From Podarcis muralis (lineage: Eukaryota): 64,000 bases of DNA. Positions 48,990-62,194 of this stretch are shown here, in pieces (within the stretch, counting starts at the first letter, position 1; every line of letters starts with the position of its first letter). Location: NCBI RefSeq assembly GCF_964188315.1, contig NC_135665.1, positions 34,596,001 to 34,660,000 of the forward strand. Reading direction: 5' to 3'. A program made the position numbers and the translations under genes. Below the pieces are notes generated by a model. The model did not search any database. It saw nothing but the letters and a program-made list of their open reading frames with translations, and had not been told where the DNA came from.

Positions 48990-51900
48990 CAGTAGAGCAT
49001 CAGCCCTGGCGTCAGAATGTAGCATCCTCAGGCAGCTGCTCAGGGCCCCAACAGGGCTGGGGCCTGACCTGAAGCTTCCATGCCAGGAAGCCTGTATCTC
49101 CATGTTAATTTCTTACAATGCTCCGATGTAGAATCATTTCAGAGCATCATGGGAAATTTAAATGGAGTCTCCAAATTGTTTGGTGCTAATCTATCTGCTG
49201 CTGCGCTTTGGTCCAGTTGGCATGTTTGATGCTTTCGTAACATTGTGGCTTCCTCCCCTTACCTTGCCAACATCAAGTTGGCACAGTAAAATTAGTATAA
49301 TTTAGACAGGAATATAATACCTCTAACCATAGTGGGAAAGACCATATGGACCTGTGTATGTGTGCCTGCTCTGTCTAATGCCATCTTCAAAAGACGCTCA
49401 GCTATTCTTTCTTAAATATTGGTGAAGATTCTTCTCTGACATCTGTATGATGTATTCATTTACTCTGTTGTCTCTTGTCTTCAGCATATCCTCCAACCAA
49501 CTCATGGAGGGTGATGGAGAAGTTAAGCTAGTGCTCTCACCCTCACTCTCCCCACTTGAACACAGAAGACAAATGCCTAAAGTCTGCAGTTCCTGTGTTT
49601 ATACATTTGTGGGGAGCATTAGTAAAAAGAAAATATATATATGACCACTATAAGTGAAACAAATAATGGAGAAAGAGCCACAGCAAAGAGAGAATTTCAT
49701 TCCTAAAATGGAAGAAAAGGTGAAATACACTTTTCTCCATTTGCACTGTCCATAACAGGTAAAAAATCAGACTGTGAATAATACCCGGAGAGAATGGATT
49801 CCATGTTTAGGATTCCATGTGAATGTTTAACTCCTATATTTTACATATTTGCTGGTTGTTGGAATAAATTATTCAGCAAGCTAACAAGTCTCCTGTGATT
49901 CCCAAATCCCAGGGCTAAAATTACAAGTCAGATCTTAATAGTCTGACTGGCAGCCAGCTCTACCTTACATGCTAAACTTGGCATCTGTGTATAAGAAGAT
50001 AACCACTCTTTTTAATTTTTTTGAAAAAAGGTTAAATATTACTGTTACAGTATTGCTGTGCTTGAAATAACCAGGTTAAATTGGAAGATTTACCACATTT
50101 CAAATATTTGTAAATATTTGTTTCAGCCGTAGTATGTTAATCTTTCCATTTGTGAAAGTATATGAGAAAGTAAGGATTTAATTAATCAAATGTTGCTTTT
50201 GCAGAGGTCAGGGACCTTCTACTTAATCCATTTGACTCCTCAGATAGTGCTGTTAAAGCCTTGAAACCAACAGATAAAGGGTGGTAGAACACAGTTTGTT
50301 ACATAATAGCATTGTTTTCACATGTGGCACTAAGTCTCATCCCATAGTGCTGTTGAAGTGGCACGGCTTCTTCGTCCAAATAATGAAGGTTGAAGAATAT
50401 CCACCTTCCTTATAAACACTTTGCCTCTGTGTGCATGTGCCAAAGACCAAAATTTCACCAGCATAATATTCATTCTTGGGGGTTCTTTGTTCAAATCTGT
50501 TGTTCTAATCTTCGGGGGATTATTGTCCTACTACCCTGCCTAATAGATTTTTGCAATAGCAATGTTATACTGTCTCACTGCGAGTCATTCAGATTTCAAC
50601 ATGATTCACAAAAATAACAGCCCCCACCCAAAGCAAATATAAAGGGAAAGACCTGTATCTCTCTGGTGGAGAATCTGCTTTGCTTCTAGAAGGTCCAGAT
50701 TCAATACCTAACATCTCCAGTTAGGACTGGGGAAAGCCCTAGACAAAAACCCTAGAAGCTACTGCCTTTCAGTGTAGATAATGCTGAGCTAGATGGAACA
50801 AAGGTCTGACTCTGTATGTGTTCCTATAAGTACTTCTGTGTGTGTTGTCCAGATTTGTTGTTATTAATACAAGCTTCTTATGCCACACCGATGCTTGCTT
50901 GCTTGCTCCAGAGGTTCATTCACTTTGATGTACAGACTTCTAGTCGGGTTTAGAGCTGTAGCTTGAAGAACGGCCTCAGAAGGCTTGGTGGGTACACAAC
51001 AGTGCTATATGCAGCCACTGGGATTCTCAGTTGTTGGATTGCTATATTCATATTTCATCATCCTATTTCCCCCCTCTTTCAAACTCTATGTGCATGTCCC
51101 GAATACTTTCCCAGGCTCACATTAGTCACAAGAATTTCTTAAATGCACTTCATATACTATCTTACAGTGCAGTCGTCAGAAATAAATCCCACTGATTGCA
51201 TACTCCTAGACAAGTAGATATAGGATGGCAAACTTAATCAAGCTTGTTTCCCCCTCCCCCCCCCCCCCCCGAAGTCACCTATTGAAGTGCTGGATTTTGT
51301 AATCCCTGAAATGCTTAAAATCAAGCTCCGTTACTGCATAAATCCTATACACACTTGCCCAGGGAGAAAGATTCACTGGAATAAGTGGCATTTAACCTCT
51401 GAGCAGATGTGTCTAAAGTTGCATTGTAAGCTTGCTTTCCTTGGGACTTCATGTCTTAAATTGGCTGGGCAGTGGTGGGGAAGGGAGAGAAACAAGTGTA
51501 GCTATAGATAATTGTACAGAAGATTTTACAGAAATAAGTTCAAAGGTAATAGGGAAGTGCAAATTGTTCCGTAGTGTAAGCCATATTCATTTCAACAGGA
51601 TTGGACTGTTCTAGGTGAGTCTGAGGTATCCCCCATCCCATCCCATACACTTACCTGGAAGTAAGTCCATCTGAACTCATCAGATCTTACTTCTGAGTTG
51701 ACATGTATATAATTACACATTTACTTGTTTAAGGGTGGGTGTTTGCTTTGGCTAAAATTGAGAGAAATCAGGAGATGGGATGTGAGGATTAAATTAAATG
51801 CCTCCTCCTAATTTTCCATCCAATTTTGGCAATAAATAAAGAAGAAGAGCTCTAATACAACAGTGCTTTGCTAGGAATGTTGTTCAAAACCCATTGCTAC

Positions 51901-52666
51901 AACAGGGTTTCTGAAACAGTTGCATGGTTCTGTTAACTGTTACCATGCAAATTATATGTGGCAGGGATGTTAAAAACAATTACGCTACAAGGATGAAAAT
52001 AAGCTATATAAACAATAAGCAGCAAACAATAAACACAGTTGAAAATGTATTACTTCTTTAAAAATCAGTATTGAAAAAGGCATGACCAGAATTTTCTCCT
52101 TTCCATTCCTTCATAAAGTTGTAAATTTAGGTTAATTTATTCCCAGAAGTCAAAGGAGCGGGTAGGGAATTTAGGGATAATTATGCTTTGTTTGGATAAC
52201 CAATCATCTAACGTACTATTTCTTATGGGTCATAAATCAAACAACCTTTGTGTATTGGTGAATATGAAACATACACCATTTGCATTCTTTTCACTTGCAG
52301 AGAAAAAGAAGGCATTTCATTGAAATAGCTAAACTTTTAACCGTGTGTTATTTCTTTACCCTGTGAGACTATTTACATTTTTACTTGTTTGGTTGCTCCA
52401 AAAGGTAGAACAGATTTAATCATTGGAGGGAAATAAGAGGGAGTCCTGATTCCTAACCAACTTTGTTTTGCAGAATTATAAAAAAAAAACCTAGACAAAA
52501 TTTCCAATTTTTATTGCATAGAACTTACGAAGAACCATTATTATTTTGGCAGTGAGGCAGTGCGACCCAAGCATGTTTACATAGAGAAAAATGTGTATTT
52601 AAGTAGACAAGTAACCAATTGTGCTCTCCACATAGCTGGAAGACATGGCTTTGTTTCTTTTGTGAC

Positions 52667-52817
52667 CAGTGCTTTTTTTTTCTTTTAAAAAAATGCTTAG
52701 GAGTACTCTCATTTTCCTACTCATATTGAAATACTATCCCCCCAATGAGGCCAAACTTAGATTCACAAAATGTTTAGGGGTATGCGTACCCCTGCATACC
52801 CCCAGGAAAAAGCACTG
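52667..52817. mobile_element. hAT-type MITE (CAGTGCTTTTT TIRs)
   Basis: cagtgctttttt / aaaaagcactg; TSD tttgtgac/tttgtgag (7 of 8); second copy at 62045-62192. Confidence 0.8.
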
Positions 52818-52867
52818 TTTGTGAGTAACATGGAACCTTATACACATCAGAAGCTGGATTACTAATA

Positions 52868-53076
52868 CCATAGATTCCGGCGTATTAGGTGACTGGGCGT
52901 ATTAGACGACCCCCCAAATTGGCAGCTGCAATTTGGGGGTTCGTCTTATAAGCCCAGTCGCCTAAAACGTTGGGCAGCTCTGCGCTGGGAGAAAGCTGCC
53001 CGGCACGGAGCAGAGCCCGCCACCCCTGCTGCTGCTTCCGGGGTTAAAAAGTCGTCTTCTACGCCGGAATCTACAG
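52868..53076. mobile_element. Tc2-like MITE (209 bp)
   Basis: TA | ccatagattccggcgta ... tacgccggaatctacag | TA. Confidence 0.85.
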
Positions 53077-53910
53077 TAAATAGTGTATTTTCCTCAGTGA
53101 ATAACATGAAAATAACTATATTTCCAAAGTTCAGATCTTACTGTTGATCATTTTGCAGTTAAAGTAGCAACATCCACACACAAGAGGGAGATATCAACAG
53201 GGTTGGAGAAACCCAAAGATTTGCAAACATGCATACATTTATTTATTTTTTGGCAGGACGGCCCAATGAGTATTGAGCATGCTCACAGGTCATAGAACGG
53301 AATATTTGTTTTATTTATTAAGTGAGGGATACACCACCTTTGAAGGGCACAGTTGTCCTCCCAATGGAATGTATTCTGATGATGATGATGCATCCAATTT
53401 GGTGCCATTAGGGCTGGGATATAAATTCAGGGCCCCAAACCATGAGGCCCCCAAAATTGCCAGAGACACTGGCAGTAGATGAGGGCTTAGGTGGGCAGCT
53501 CATTGGCACTCTCAGACAAGGAAGATTGTAGGTTTGGTTGGCACTTCTCTGAACAATTCATCAAACTGCCTGACCCAAATTGTAAATAAATGGGGGGGGG
53601 GGGAGAGAAAGGGGCCATTTCTAATGTTTCTTTCCTCTAATGGAGGAAGCAGAGTGTCCAGGGCAACATCAGGGGCGTGGGAAGGGAGAAACTGCCAGCA
53701 GAGAGGGGAGAGCAGTCAGGGTGTCATGATTTAGGAATAATTATGCTTTGCCAGAAGGCATCTTGTTCAGGGCCCCTGAAGCTTAGCAGTGATCAGGGAG
53801 GAAGGCATGGCTGACTAAGAAGAACACTGAATGGGAGAACTCCACAATGCAGCACCAAAGCAGGGTTTCCTAAGCACTTCATTGGCTGCTTGATGAGTTT
53901 ATGAAGTTGT

Positions 53911-54275
53911 TAAAAGGTAAAGGTACCCCTGCCCGTACGGGCCAGTCTTGACAGACTCTAGGGTTGTGCGCCCATCTCACTCAAGAGGCAGGGGGCCAGC
54001 GCTGTCCGGAGATACTTCTGGGTCACGTGGCCAGCATGACAAGCTGCATCTGGCAAGCCAGAGCCGCACACGGAAACGCCGTTTACCTTCCCGCTAGTAA
54101 GCGGCCCCTATTTATCTACTTGCATCCGGGGGTGCTTTCGAACTGCTAGGTTGGCAGGCGCTGGGACCGAACAACGGGAGCGCACCCCGCCGCGGGGATT
54201 CGAACCACCGACCTTTCGATCGGCAAGCCCTTAGGCGCTGAGGCTTTTACCCACAGCGCCACCTGCATCCCACCC
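53911..54275 (-). mobile_element. Sauria SINE, full length, young
   Basis: Same subfamily as 24664-25016; 12-bp TSD ttatgaagttgt (53899-53910, 54276-54287). Confidence 0.95.
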
Positions 54276-54354
54276 TTATGAAGTTGTAATTGACGCCAAT
54301 TCAAATCCTTAGGCTCGTAGTCAAGAAATATCTATCTATAATCTCAATGTATTA

Positions 54355-55663
54355 CCGTATTTTTCGCTCCATTGGACGCACCGGACCATAGGACGCACCA
54401 GACCATAGGAGGGGGAGAACAGGGGAAAAAAAATTTTCTTGTTCTTCCCCTCTAAAACAAGGTGCGTTCAAGGTACATTCACCAGAGCTTGTGGGGCTGG
54501 CAGTGGGGGGAAGCGCTGCTTTCCCCCACCGCCAGCCTCAAAGATCTCTGAAGCCTTTGGAGCGCAGCGCCCCGCTGCCCTGCAGAGGTTTGTGCGCAGC
54601 CGTCTCCAAGCTAGAGCAGCGAGACGGAGCCCTCCGTCTCGCTGTTCTGGCTTGGGAACAGCCTTGCTAGCTTCTGCAGGACAGAGGGGGGAAGGCACCC
54701 CGCTGCCCTGCAGAAGTTTGCGCGCAGCCGTCCCCAAGCTAGAGCAGCGAGACGGAGCCCTCCGTCTCGCTGTTCTGGCTTGGGAACAGCCTTGCTAGCC
54801 TCTGCAGGACAGCGGGGTGCTTTCACCCCGCTGCCCTGCAGAGGTTTGCGCACAGCCGTCCCCAAGCTAGAGCAGCGAGACGGAGCCCTCCGTCTCGCTA
54901 TTCTGGCTTGGGAACAGCCTTGCTAGCCTCTGCAGGACAGCGGGGTGAAGGCACCCCGCTGCCCTGGAGAGGTTTGCGCGCAGCCGTCCCCAAGCTAGAG
55001 CAGCGAGACGGAGCCCTCCGTCTCGCTGTTCTGGCTTGGGAACAGCCTTGCTAGCCTCTGCAGGACAGCGGGGTGCCTTCACCCCGCTGCCCTGCAGAGG
55101 TTTGCGCGCAGCCGTCCCCAAGCTAGAGCAGCGAGACGGAGCCCTCCGTCTCGCTGTTCTGGCTTGGGAACAGCCTTGCTAGCCTCTGCAGGACAGCGGG
55201 GTGAAGGCACCCCGCTGCCCTGGAGAGGTTTGCGCGCAGCCGTCCCCAAGCTAGAGCAGCGAGACGGAGCCCTCCATCTCGCTTTTCTGGCTTGGGAACA
55301 TCGCCTTGCTAGCTTCTGCAGGACAGCGGGGTGAAGGCACCCCGCTGCCCTGGAGAGGTTTGCGCGCAGCCGTCCCCAAGCTAGAGCAGCGAGACGGAGC
55401 CCTCCGTCTCGCTGTTCTGGCTTGGGAACAGCCTTGCTAGCCTCTGCAGGACAGCGGGGTGAAGGCACCCCGCAGCCCTGGAGAGGTTTGCACGTAGCCG
55501 TCCCCAAGCTAGAGCAGCGAGACGGAGCCCTCCGCAGTGCTCCGTCTTCCTGTTCTGCCTTTGGGCTTAGCGGCGCAGCCTGCATTCGCTCTATAGGACG
55601 CACACACATTTCCCCTTAATTTTTGGATGGGAAAATGTGCGTCCTATAGAACGAAAAATACGG
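54355..55663. mobile_element. Tc2-like MITE, long copy carrying an internal tandem array
   Basis: TA | ccgtatttttcg ... cgaaaaatacgg | TA; termini match the 26250-26595 copy. Confidence 0.9.
54570..55534. repeat. About 7.5 x 128-bp GC-rich tandem array, two hairpins per unit
   Basis: Anchor ccaagctagagcagc at 54606, 54734, 54862, 54990, 55118, 55246, 55376, 55504 (spacing 128, once 130). Confidence 0.97.
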
Positions 55664-56309
55664 TAATCATCAATTAATAAATTAGTAAAAAGTTAAATAT
55701 CTTTTAAATACAAAAATTCCTCATTGGAAAGTATTGTGGAAAGTATTGTTTTGCTTCCTATCATGCTGTGTATTTTTGTGTTTTTATATTGTAAACCATC
55801 ATGTGATCCTTGGGTCAAGGGCGGTACAGAAGTTTAATAAATAAGAATAAGAATACACACTGGAGCTACATTTTTGAGGCTCATAGTTCTTGATTATTAT
55901 TTTTTGCACTATACTGTACATCATAAACCTCTTTCCCACCTCAGGCCCTTTTCAACCCGTAGATCTTTATTCCGCCCCCCACCCCCACCCCGCACTGTTT
56001 CATTGAACCCAGGGAGTCAGTATTGACCACTTGGGGGATCCTTGGCGTTGAGAATTTGTACAGAGAGCTGTGTTTCTTTAGCCGTCCTTCATCTCATAGG
56101 GGACATAATGCATTTGTGCATACTATGTTTGTTTGTTTGTTTTGGGATTTTTTCTTTAAATGAGATTAAACAGCAAATTCCAGGAGTAATACCAGTGAAC
56201 ACAACATGAACCTGACTGGAAATCAACTTGTAAAAGAGATTTTATTCTATATTATTTCCTATACCTGCATTTATTTACTTGCAACTGAAAAACATTGTAA
56301 GAAAGATTA

Positions 56310-56445
56310 TTTTTTAGTACAGGTGGCCCCGCAGATGTTGCTGAACTAGTCTTCCCGTCATCTCTGGCCATTGGCCACGCTGGCTAGGGCTGATGGGAGT
56401 TGAATTCCAGCAACATCTGCAGTGCCACAGTTTCCCCATCCCCGC
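56310..56445. mobile_element. Old hAT-type MITE about 200 bp upstream of an EDIL3 exon
   Basis: Interior similar to 14857-14990 (cagatgttg...ttggcca.gctgg...gatgggagttg...caacatctg...ccccatccc). Confidence 0.55.
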
Positions 56446-56652
56446 TTTAGTATCTAATCTCCTCTGAAATGAATACAGTGTTCTCTCTTTTAGGGCTAAT
56501 CTCTAGCCCAAATGAAGCCTCAGACAGATGGAAGTTCAGTATATTAGAGAAATGCAGCCAAAGCAGACATTTTACCAAAATCTAAATGAAGCATCATAAT
56601 ACCAATCATCCCACCATTGGTGGTCACTGATAACACATTATTATAATTTCAG

Positions 56653-56808
56653 ATAAACCTGCAGAGGAAGATGAGAATCACTGGTGTTATAACTCAAGGT
56701 GCCAAGAGAATCGGAAGCCCAGAATATATAAAATCATACAAAATTGCATATAGTAATGATGGGAAATTATGGGCAACATACAAAGTGAAAGGCACAACTG
56801 AAGATATG
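56653..56808 (+). CDS. EDIL3: EDIL3 internal coding exon (discoidin domain 1, middle)
   Basis: Acceptor aatttcAG, donor GTaagt (56809); 156 bp, phase 0-0. [52 protein letters not shown]. Confidence 0.97.
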
Positions 56809-57863
56809 GTAAGTCATTGTCATCAGTATAAAAGCATTTTAAATAGCAATTTAGTGAAGGGATTTTACTGCCTTATAGCAGAAAGTGGGTTTATTGAGAC
56901 TTTTTTTCCTTGATAGATTTTATTCTGGGAAATACTGGAATAAATCAACATTTTGCATTGAGTAAGACTTTCCTCTACTTTGATTGTTTTATAAATATAG
57001 CATTACAAGGCTATAATAATTCTGTTTCTTATATTTAAATGGTTTTCATTTTAATTAGCCAACCAGTAATTACTTGTCTGCTCTCCATTTAGTTTTGTTA
57101 TGTTGGCAATTGGTTAACCCTCGAAAGGACAATATTCTTTCAGCAGCACAGCATACTACAAAATACTACAAAAACTATTGCAGATACAATTTTAAAAAAT
57201 TAAAAACCCTAAATGCAAAGTAGCCCGTTCCACGTAACTCTTAAGATGTATAGAAGGGCAGACACACAAATTATGTCTCAACACAATTTCTCTTCTCGTA
57301 AAAACATTTGGGGGAGTGATTTGGATTGGCGCTATCACAAAGGGGGAGAGGAGAGGGAGCAAGTCCTTCATCTCTGCAGCAAGGATACCTAATCCAGATT
57401 CCACTGCTCCAGTCCCCCAGAGCACTATTAGCGCTCCAAATATTGCCGATATGTTTTCCCCTCTATATTTTAATAGCAGTTGTGGGGGTGGAGGAGCAAT
57501 TTGGATCAGGGCCGTAGTGCAGGAGGAAAGGGTTGTACTCCCCTTGCACCATGGCCCACATCCAAATTTCTCCCTCATGTTTTAAAATTTAAAAAGTTTA
57601 TTGGGATATCCATTCTCAAATGTCTCATGTCATGTGTAGTTTGAACCACAGAGATATGTTTACCTCTGTGCCTGTAAAGGTTTCAGATCCTTAATATACT
57701 AAAATGATTCCCAGCCCTGCTTAAGGACCTTATCCAAACTAAACTACTACTGCTCAAAGAGCTATTATTTCCCTGCCACACATTATCCCTACTCCAGTTC
57801 CACTATTTACCAATGGATGTGTGCACACAACTATTTACTGAGTGGAACTTACCAAGGTGGATA

Positions 57864-58090
57864 CAGTGGTACCTCGGGTTACAGATGCTTCAGGTTACAG
57901 ACTCCGCTAACCCAGAAATAGTACCTCGGGTTAAGAACCTTGCTTCAGGATGAGAACAGAAATTGTGCTCCGGCGGTGCGGCGGCAGCGGGAGGCCCCAT
58001 TAGCTAAAGTGGTACCTCAGGTTTAGAACAGTTTCAGGTTAAGAACGGACCTCTAAAATGAATTTAGTTTTTTAACCTGAGGTACTACTA
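57864..58090. mobile_element. Tigger-like (TcMar) MITE in the short intron
   Basis: TA | cagtggtacctcgg ... ctgaggtactacta | TA. Confidence 0.8.
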
Positions 58091-58381
58091 TATCTAAATA
58101 TGCATGAAACTCCATCCATAATGTCCCACCAATTAGAAATCCAGGGAAACAAAGGAATGGTACAATTCTCACCACTACTTGGCAGGATATTCCCCGCTTC
58201 CTTAATGGTTGGTTGCCTGTATTCACCCATCTTCAGTTGCATTTTGTTTTACTCCTGCCACATCCATCAAATGAGGACAGCAGACCTTCTGCTGACACTA
58301 AATAATTGTATGTAATCATGAACTTTATTGGCCCATATTGCCATTCAAATGCCTTTTACAATCTGTTGTGTTTTGTCATAG

Positions 58382-58526
58382 GTGTTCCGTGGGAACGTGG
58401 ATAATAATACGCCTTACGCAAATTCTTTCACCCCACCAATAAAATCTCAGTACATACGATTATATCCTCAGGTTTGTAGAAGGCATTGCACTTTGCGAAT
58501 GGAACTTCTTGGCTGTGAATTATCAG
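58382..58526 (+). CDS. EDIL3: EDIL3 internal coding exon (end of discoidin domain 1)
   Basis: Acceptor gtcatAG, donor GTatgt (58527); 145 bp, phase 0-1. [48 protein letters not shown](G). The five exons join into one open 726-nt frame. Confidence 0.97.
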
Positions 58527-60939
58527 GTATGTTCCTGCAATACTTACAATAACAACAAAAGTCACTTTTAGCAAAAACATTATGAATTTATCTACAACTA
58601 TGTACATACTTCAAATGCCAAATATGTTTGTTTATTTACTAGAATTAGCTGGTGCTGGAGATGTTTGCGTACACCTGAAATGGTAGCCTCCCCTTATCTA
58701 CATCCCCTCCCCTCTTCTTTCTCTTCCCAAACCCCATAAATTTATATTTGATTACCATTTTGAAAGACACACACGTGGTTTTGAATTGTTTGTGTTTTAC
58801 TGCTTTTAATAACTGGGTAGCATAGAGAGGTTTATCAGGTGCATCTTCTGATACTGCAGCACTTTGAAAACTGCACCTGCCATGTCGGCATTTGCAGTCA
58901 CAGAATTCTCTGTTGGGTCACGAGTCAGTAACTTCTACTTTATGCAGCTTATTGAGACTGTAGGCTATAAGAAACTTGAGGCTTGCAAGAGTTTTCTAAC
59001 TGCATTTCCAAAACTTTCCAGGTGAAATTAGGTCTGCTGCTGAGCCTGGTTGCATTTGATGAGATTTGATTTGATTTTGTTTTGTTGCTTTCGAACAGAA
59101 TCCTTCATTGTGCCTTGTAGCAGAAGTAAATGAACTAGTGGAGCCAATATCAACCCTTTCAAAGTTTTTTGTGTGGAAGGGTCACAGCACAAAAATGTAA
59201 AGCCTGACCCAGCTCCTTTTTGCACAAAAGCTTCATTCCCTTGCAGATTCAATGAAACACATAAAACTCTCGGTTTTTTTGTCGAAGTACAAGCATTATT
59301 TTCATATGGCAACTGCTACAGTAAATTTGTTTGGAGATTATTTTTATATGACTGCCTTCTTACTGTACAAACAGCCAGCCAGGGCACTAGTAATATATCA
59401 AAGCAGCCCGTGTTACATAATTCCTGGTCCTCGAGTGACAACAAAACCAAGTTCCAAAATGAAAAGTTAATGCATTAATCTCACTGTGGCCCTCTTCCAA
59501 TACAGATAGATTCGAAAGTAAATAGAAAATTGTGTCCAGGTGCCTTGGTGTATTAGATTTTCTTCTTGTGGCGTCTCCCATCCATAGGAGCACAATTTAG
59601 AATAAGTCCTTGCCAGAATGACTAGGAATTGCTTTGCTCAAAGAACTGTGAAAGCTTCTAAGTGAATCCATTTCAGGGGCCTCATCTTGTTTCAAGGTCA
59701 TTATACCTCTGAACTGTCATGGTGCTCAGGCTCTCTAGAACAATTGCTGGAACATAAGTACAATTATGCTTAAGGATAAATGAATGTTCTTTAGCTTCTG
59801 GTGATCTAACTTTGTTTGGGATGAAAGGCAATAGAGTGTCTCAGTTCATAATAAGGCCTCTTTATTTACTTACTAAAGTTATTTCCTGTCTAAATTTATA
59901 TCCCTCAAAGGTGTGCAACACAGCTAAGGAAAATAAGATCAATGGGAATTTTAAAAACTTTTACATCCTATTGATTTCCATGGAACAAATTCTACATGGC
60001 AGTTAACTTGTAGTTTCGATTGTAAATATATATAGCAAGGAGCTATGGCCATTTCTGGCTTCCTAGTATATACATTTTCCCTTATCACTATATAACTCTT
60101 TGAAAGCACAATTTAAGACATACTTTTACAGACATGCATGTAAGAGGTTTAAGATGTACACCCACAAGCATAATATATCAAGTATTCCTCAAGAGTTCTT
60201 TACTTTGACAGAAACCTTCTCCATGCAATTAGCTTACATTTAAATTGATTTGGTTAACTATATTCGATTTATTTCTTTAATTATATTTTAAATTCATGGG
60301 CTGTTTTCTGCTACATTGTCTTCAAACAATTTACAGTAAAAAAATAAGTAAAATCATAAATCATGAAACTTCATAAATATTTAAGAAATATTATTCTGAA
60401 AACTATAGCAGTTCAGCACTGACATTTCCAAATCAACTACCAAGATAAGCTACTCAAAGAATTGGTGACGCCTTGCAGAACAAGTATGAACAAGCTGTCT
60501 GATCCATTTCAGGGGATCAGGTCTAGTGGACCCTTCTTGGAAGGAATACCACAGCAGACTTGGTATCATAAAAATGCTGTAAATATTTCTAGTAAAGGAC
60601 TTGCATCAAACCCATCTGAATGTACAGGAAAATTAAAAATCAGTCTGGAAAGCATCTGGAAGCTTATTTAAATAGAAACACAATAAGTTTCCATGCTGAA
60701 GCCGTTTTCAGAAGCACTTCTCTAAAAATTGTAATAATTTGGCAGCTAGAAGTAGGGCCAAGCCCAGTAGTTCTGCCCTTGCCATCACAAAGGCTTCCCA
60801 GTTGCAGGCATTCAAGCTGTATGTGCAGTCACCAAGGGTCAGGGAAGCCAGAGGGATTGTTGTCAGAGGCAAGGTTAGTTGGTGTGGCCCCACGAATCTG
60901 ATAGTATAATCTGTGAGTGGTACATCTGAAGGGTGCTTG

Positions 60940-61277
60940 GTAAAGGTAAAGGGACCCCTAACCATTAGGTCCAGTCGTGACTGACTCTGGGGTTGCGGCA
61001 CTCATCTTGCTTTATTGGCCGAGGGAGCCGGCGTACAGGTTCCGGGTCATGTGGCCAGCATCACTAATCCGCTTCTGGCGAACCAGAGCAGTGCACGGAA
61101 ATGCCGTTTACCTTCCCGCCAGAGCGGTACCTATTTATCTACTTGCACTTTGATGTGCTTTCGAACTGCTAGGTTGGCAGGAGCAGGGACCAAGCAACAG
61201 GAGCTCACCCCGTCGCGGGGATTCAAACCGCTGGCCTTCTGATTGGCAAGTCCTAGGCTCTGTGGTTTAACCCACAA
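60940..61277 (-). mobile_element. Sauria SINE (gggacccct subfamily), near full length
   Basis: gtaaaggtaaagggacccct tail; core gcggtacctatttatctacttgcac; head truncated near cccaca; possible 6-bp TSD tgcttg. Confidence 0.9.
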
Positions 61278-61453
61278 TGCTTGAGTCAGACTAAATAGCT
61301 CAAGCTAAGGTGGGTTATGGGGACAATGACACAATCAACATTCAGTGTGTCATATCTTCCCCTTGGAGCGAACGTCTTGAAATGTGGACTCACCAATGTG
61401 TTGTAGGGGTTAGAGTAATGGACCTGGGAGACCAGGAATCAAATTTCCTCTTG

Positions 61454-61454
<1 letters not shown>

Positions 61455-61509
<55 letters not shown>

Positions 61510-61553
61510 CATCATCATCATCATCATCATTATCATTATCATTTATTATTATT
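61455..61553. repeat. (ATT)n(ATC)n microsatellite
   Basis: Direct reading. Confidence 0.98.
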
Positions 61554-61831
61554 GATTCTATTTCTATGCTGCTTTTTATTCAAATAAATCCCAAAGCTGC
61601 TTACAAACAAAAGAAAATAACAGAATGGAACATCACAAATACAGCATAAATTGTATACAGTACTTAACAAATCATCAGTAAAATAATCCCAAATAAAACA
61701 ATTACCATCTATGTAACACTATTAACAACAATAACAACAAAGCTAAACATCAGTTACACCAAAAACCATATTACAGGATTCACATTGGCCATGCAGATTA
61801 TGAAGCTTCATTAGTGACCTTGGGTCTAAAC

Positions 61832-62017
61832 CAGGGGTAGTCAACTTTTTTATACCTACCACCCACTAGTGCATCTTTCTTAATGGTAAAATTTCCTTAC
61901 CGCCCACCAGTGCTCAATGGAAGGAGGATTCAGCTTGTGCCGTAGAACCCTCTACCCCCCACCTAGAATCCTGAAATGCCCACTAGTGGGCGGTAGGGAC
62001 CAGGTTGACAACCCCTG
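61832..62017. mobile_element. hAT (Charlie-like) MITE, 186 bp
   Basis: TIRs caggggtagtcaac / gttgacaacccctg; perfect TSD gtctaaac (61824-61831, 62018-62025). Confidence 0.9.
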
Positions 62018-62044
62018 GTCTAAACTGTTTCACATGGTTGTTGT

Positions 62045-62192
62045 CAGTGATTTTGTTCTTTTTAAAAAATGTTTAGGGGTACTCTCAATTTCCTACTCGT
62101 ACTGAAATACTGCCCCTCAATGAGGCCAAACTTAGATTCACAAAATGTTCAGGGGTATGCATACCCCTGTGTTCCCCCAGAAAAAAGCACTG
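62045..62192. mobile_element. hAT-type MITE, sister of 52667-52817
   Basis: Near-colinear interior (tgaggccaaacttagattcacaaaatgtt...ggggtatgc.tacccctg); TSD not clean. Confidence 0.75.
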
Positions 62193-62194
62193 GT

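Noticed and set aside
53408-53790. Possible old hAT element with cagggcccc ends
   Set aside because: Neither TIR pairing nor a TSD could be established.
54570-55534. Regularly spaced palindromic repeats resembling a CRISPR array
   Set aside because: Units are near-identical along their whole length with no unique spacers; there are no cas genes; the context is a vertebrate intron inside MITE termini.
54439-55619. Several 84-176 aa ORFs on both strands
   Set aside because: By-products of a stop-poor GC-rich tandem repeat; translations are repetitive and show no recognisable domain.
59812-60006. FGMKG motif resembling the next EDIL3 exon (CSEPLGMKSG)
   Set aside because: No CSEP or QITASS context and no suitable acceptor; the next exon appears to lie beyond the window.
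61310-61555. Poly-isoleucine ORF
   Set aside because: Translation of an (ATT)n(ATC)n microsatellite.
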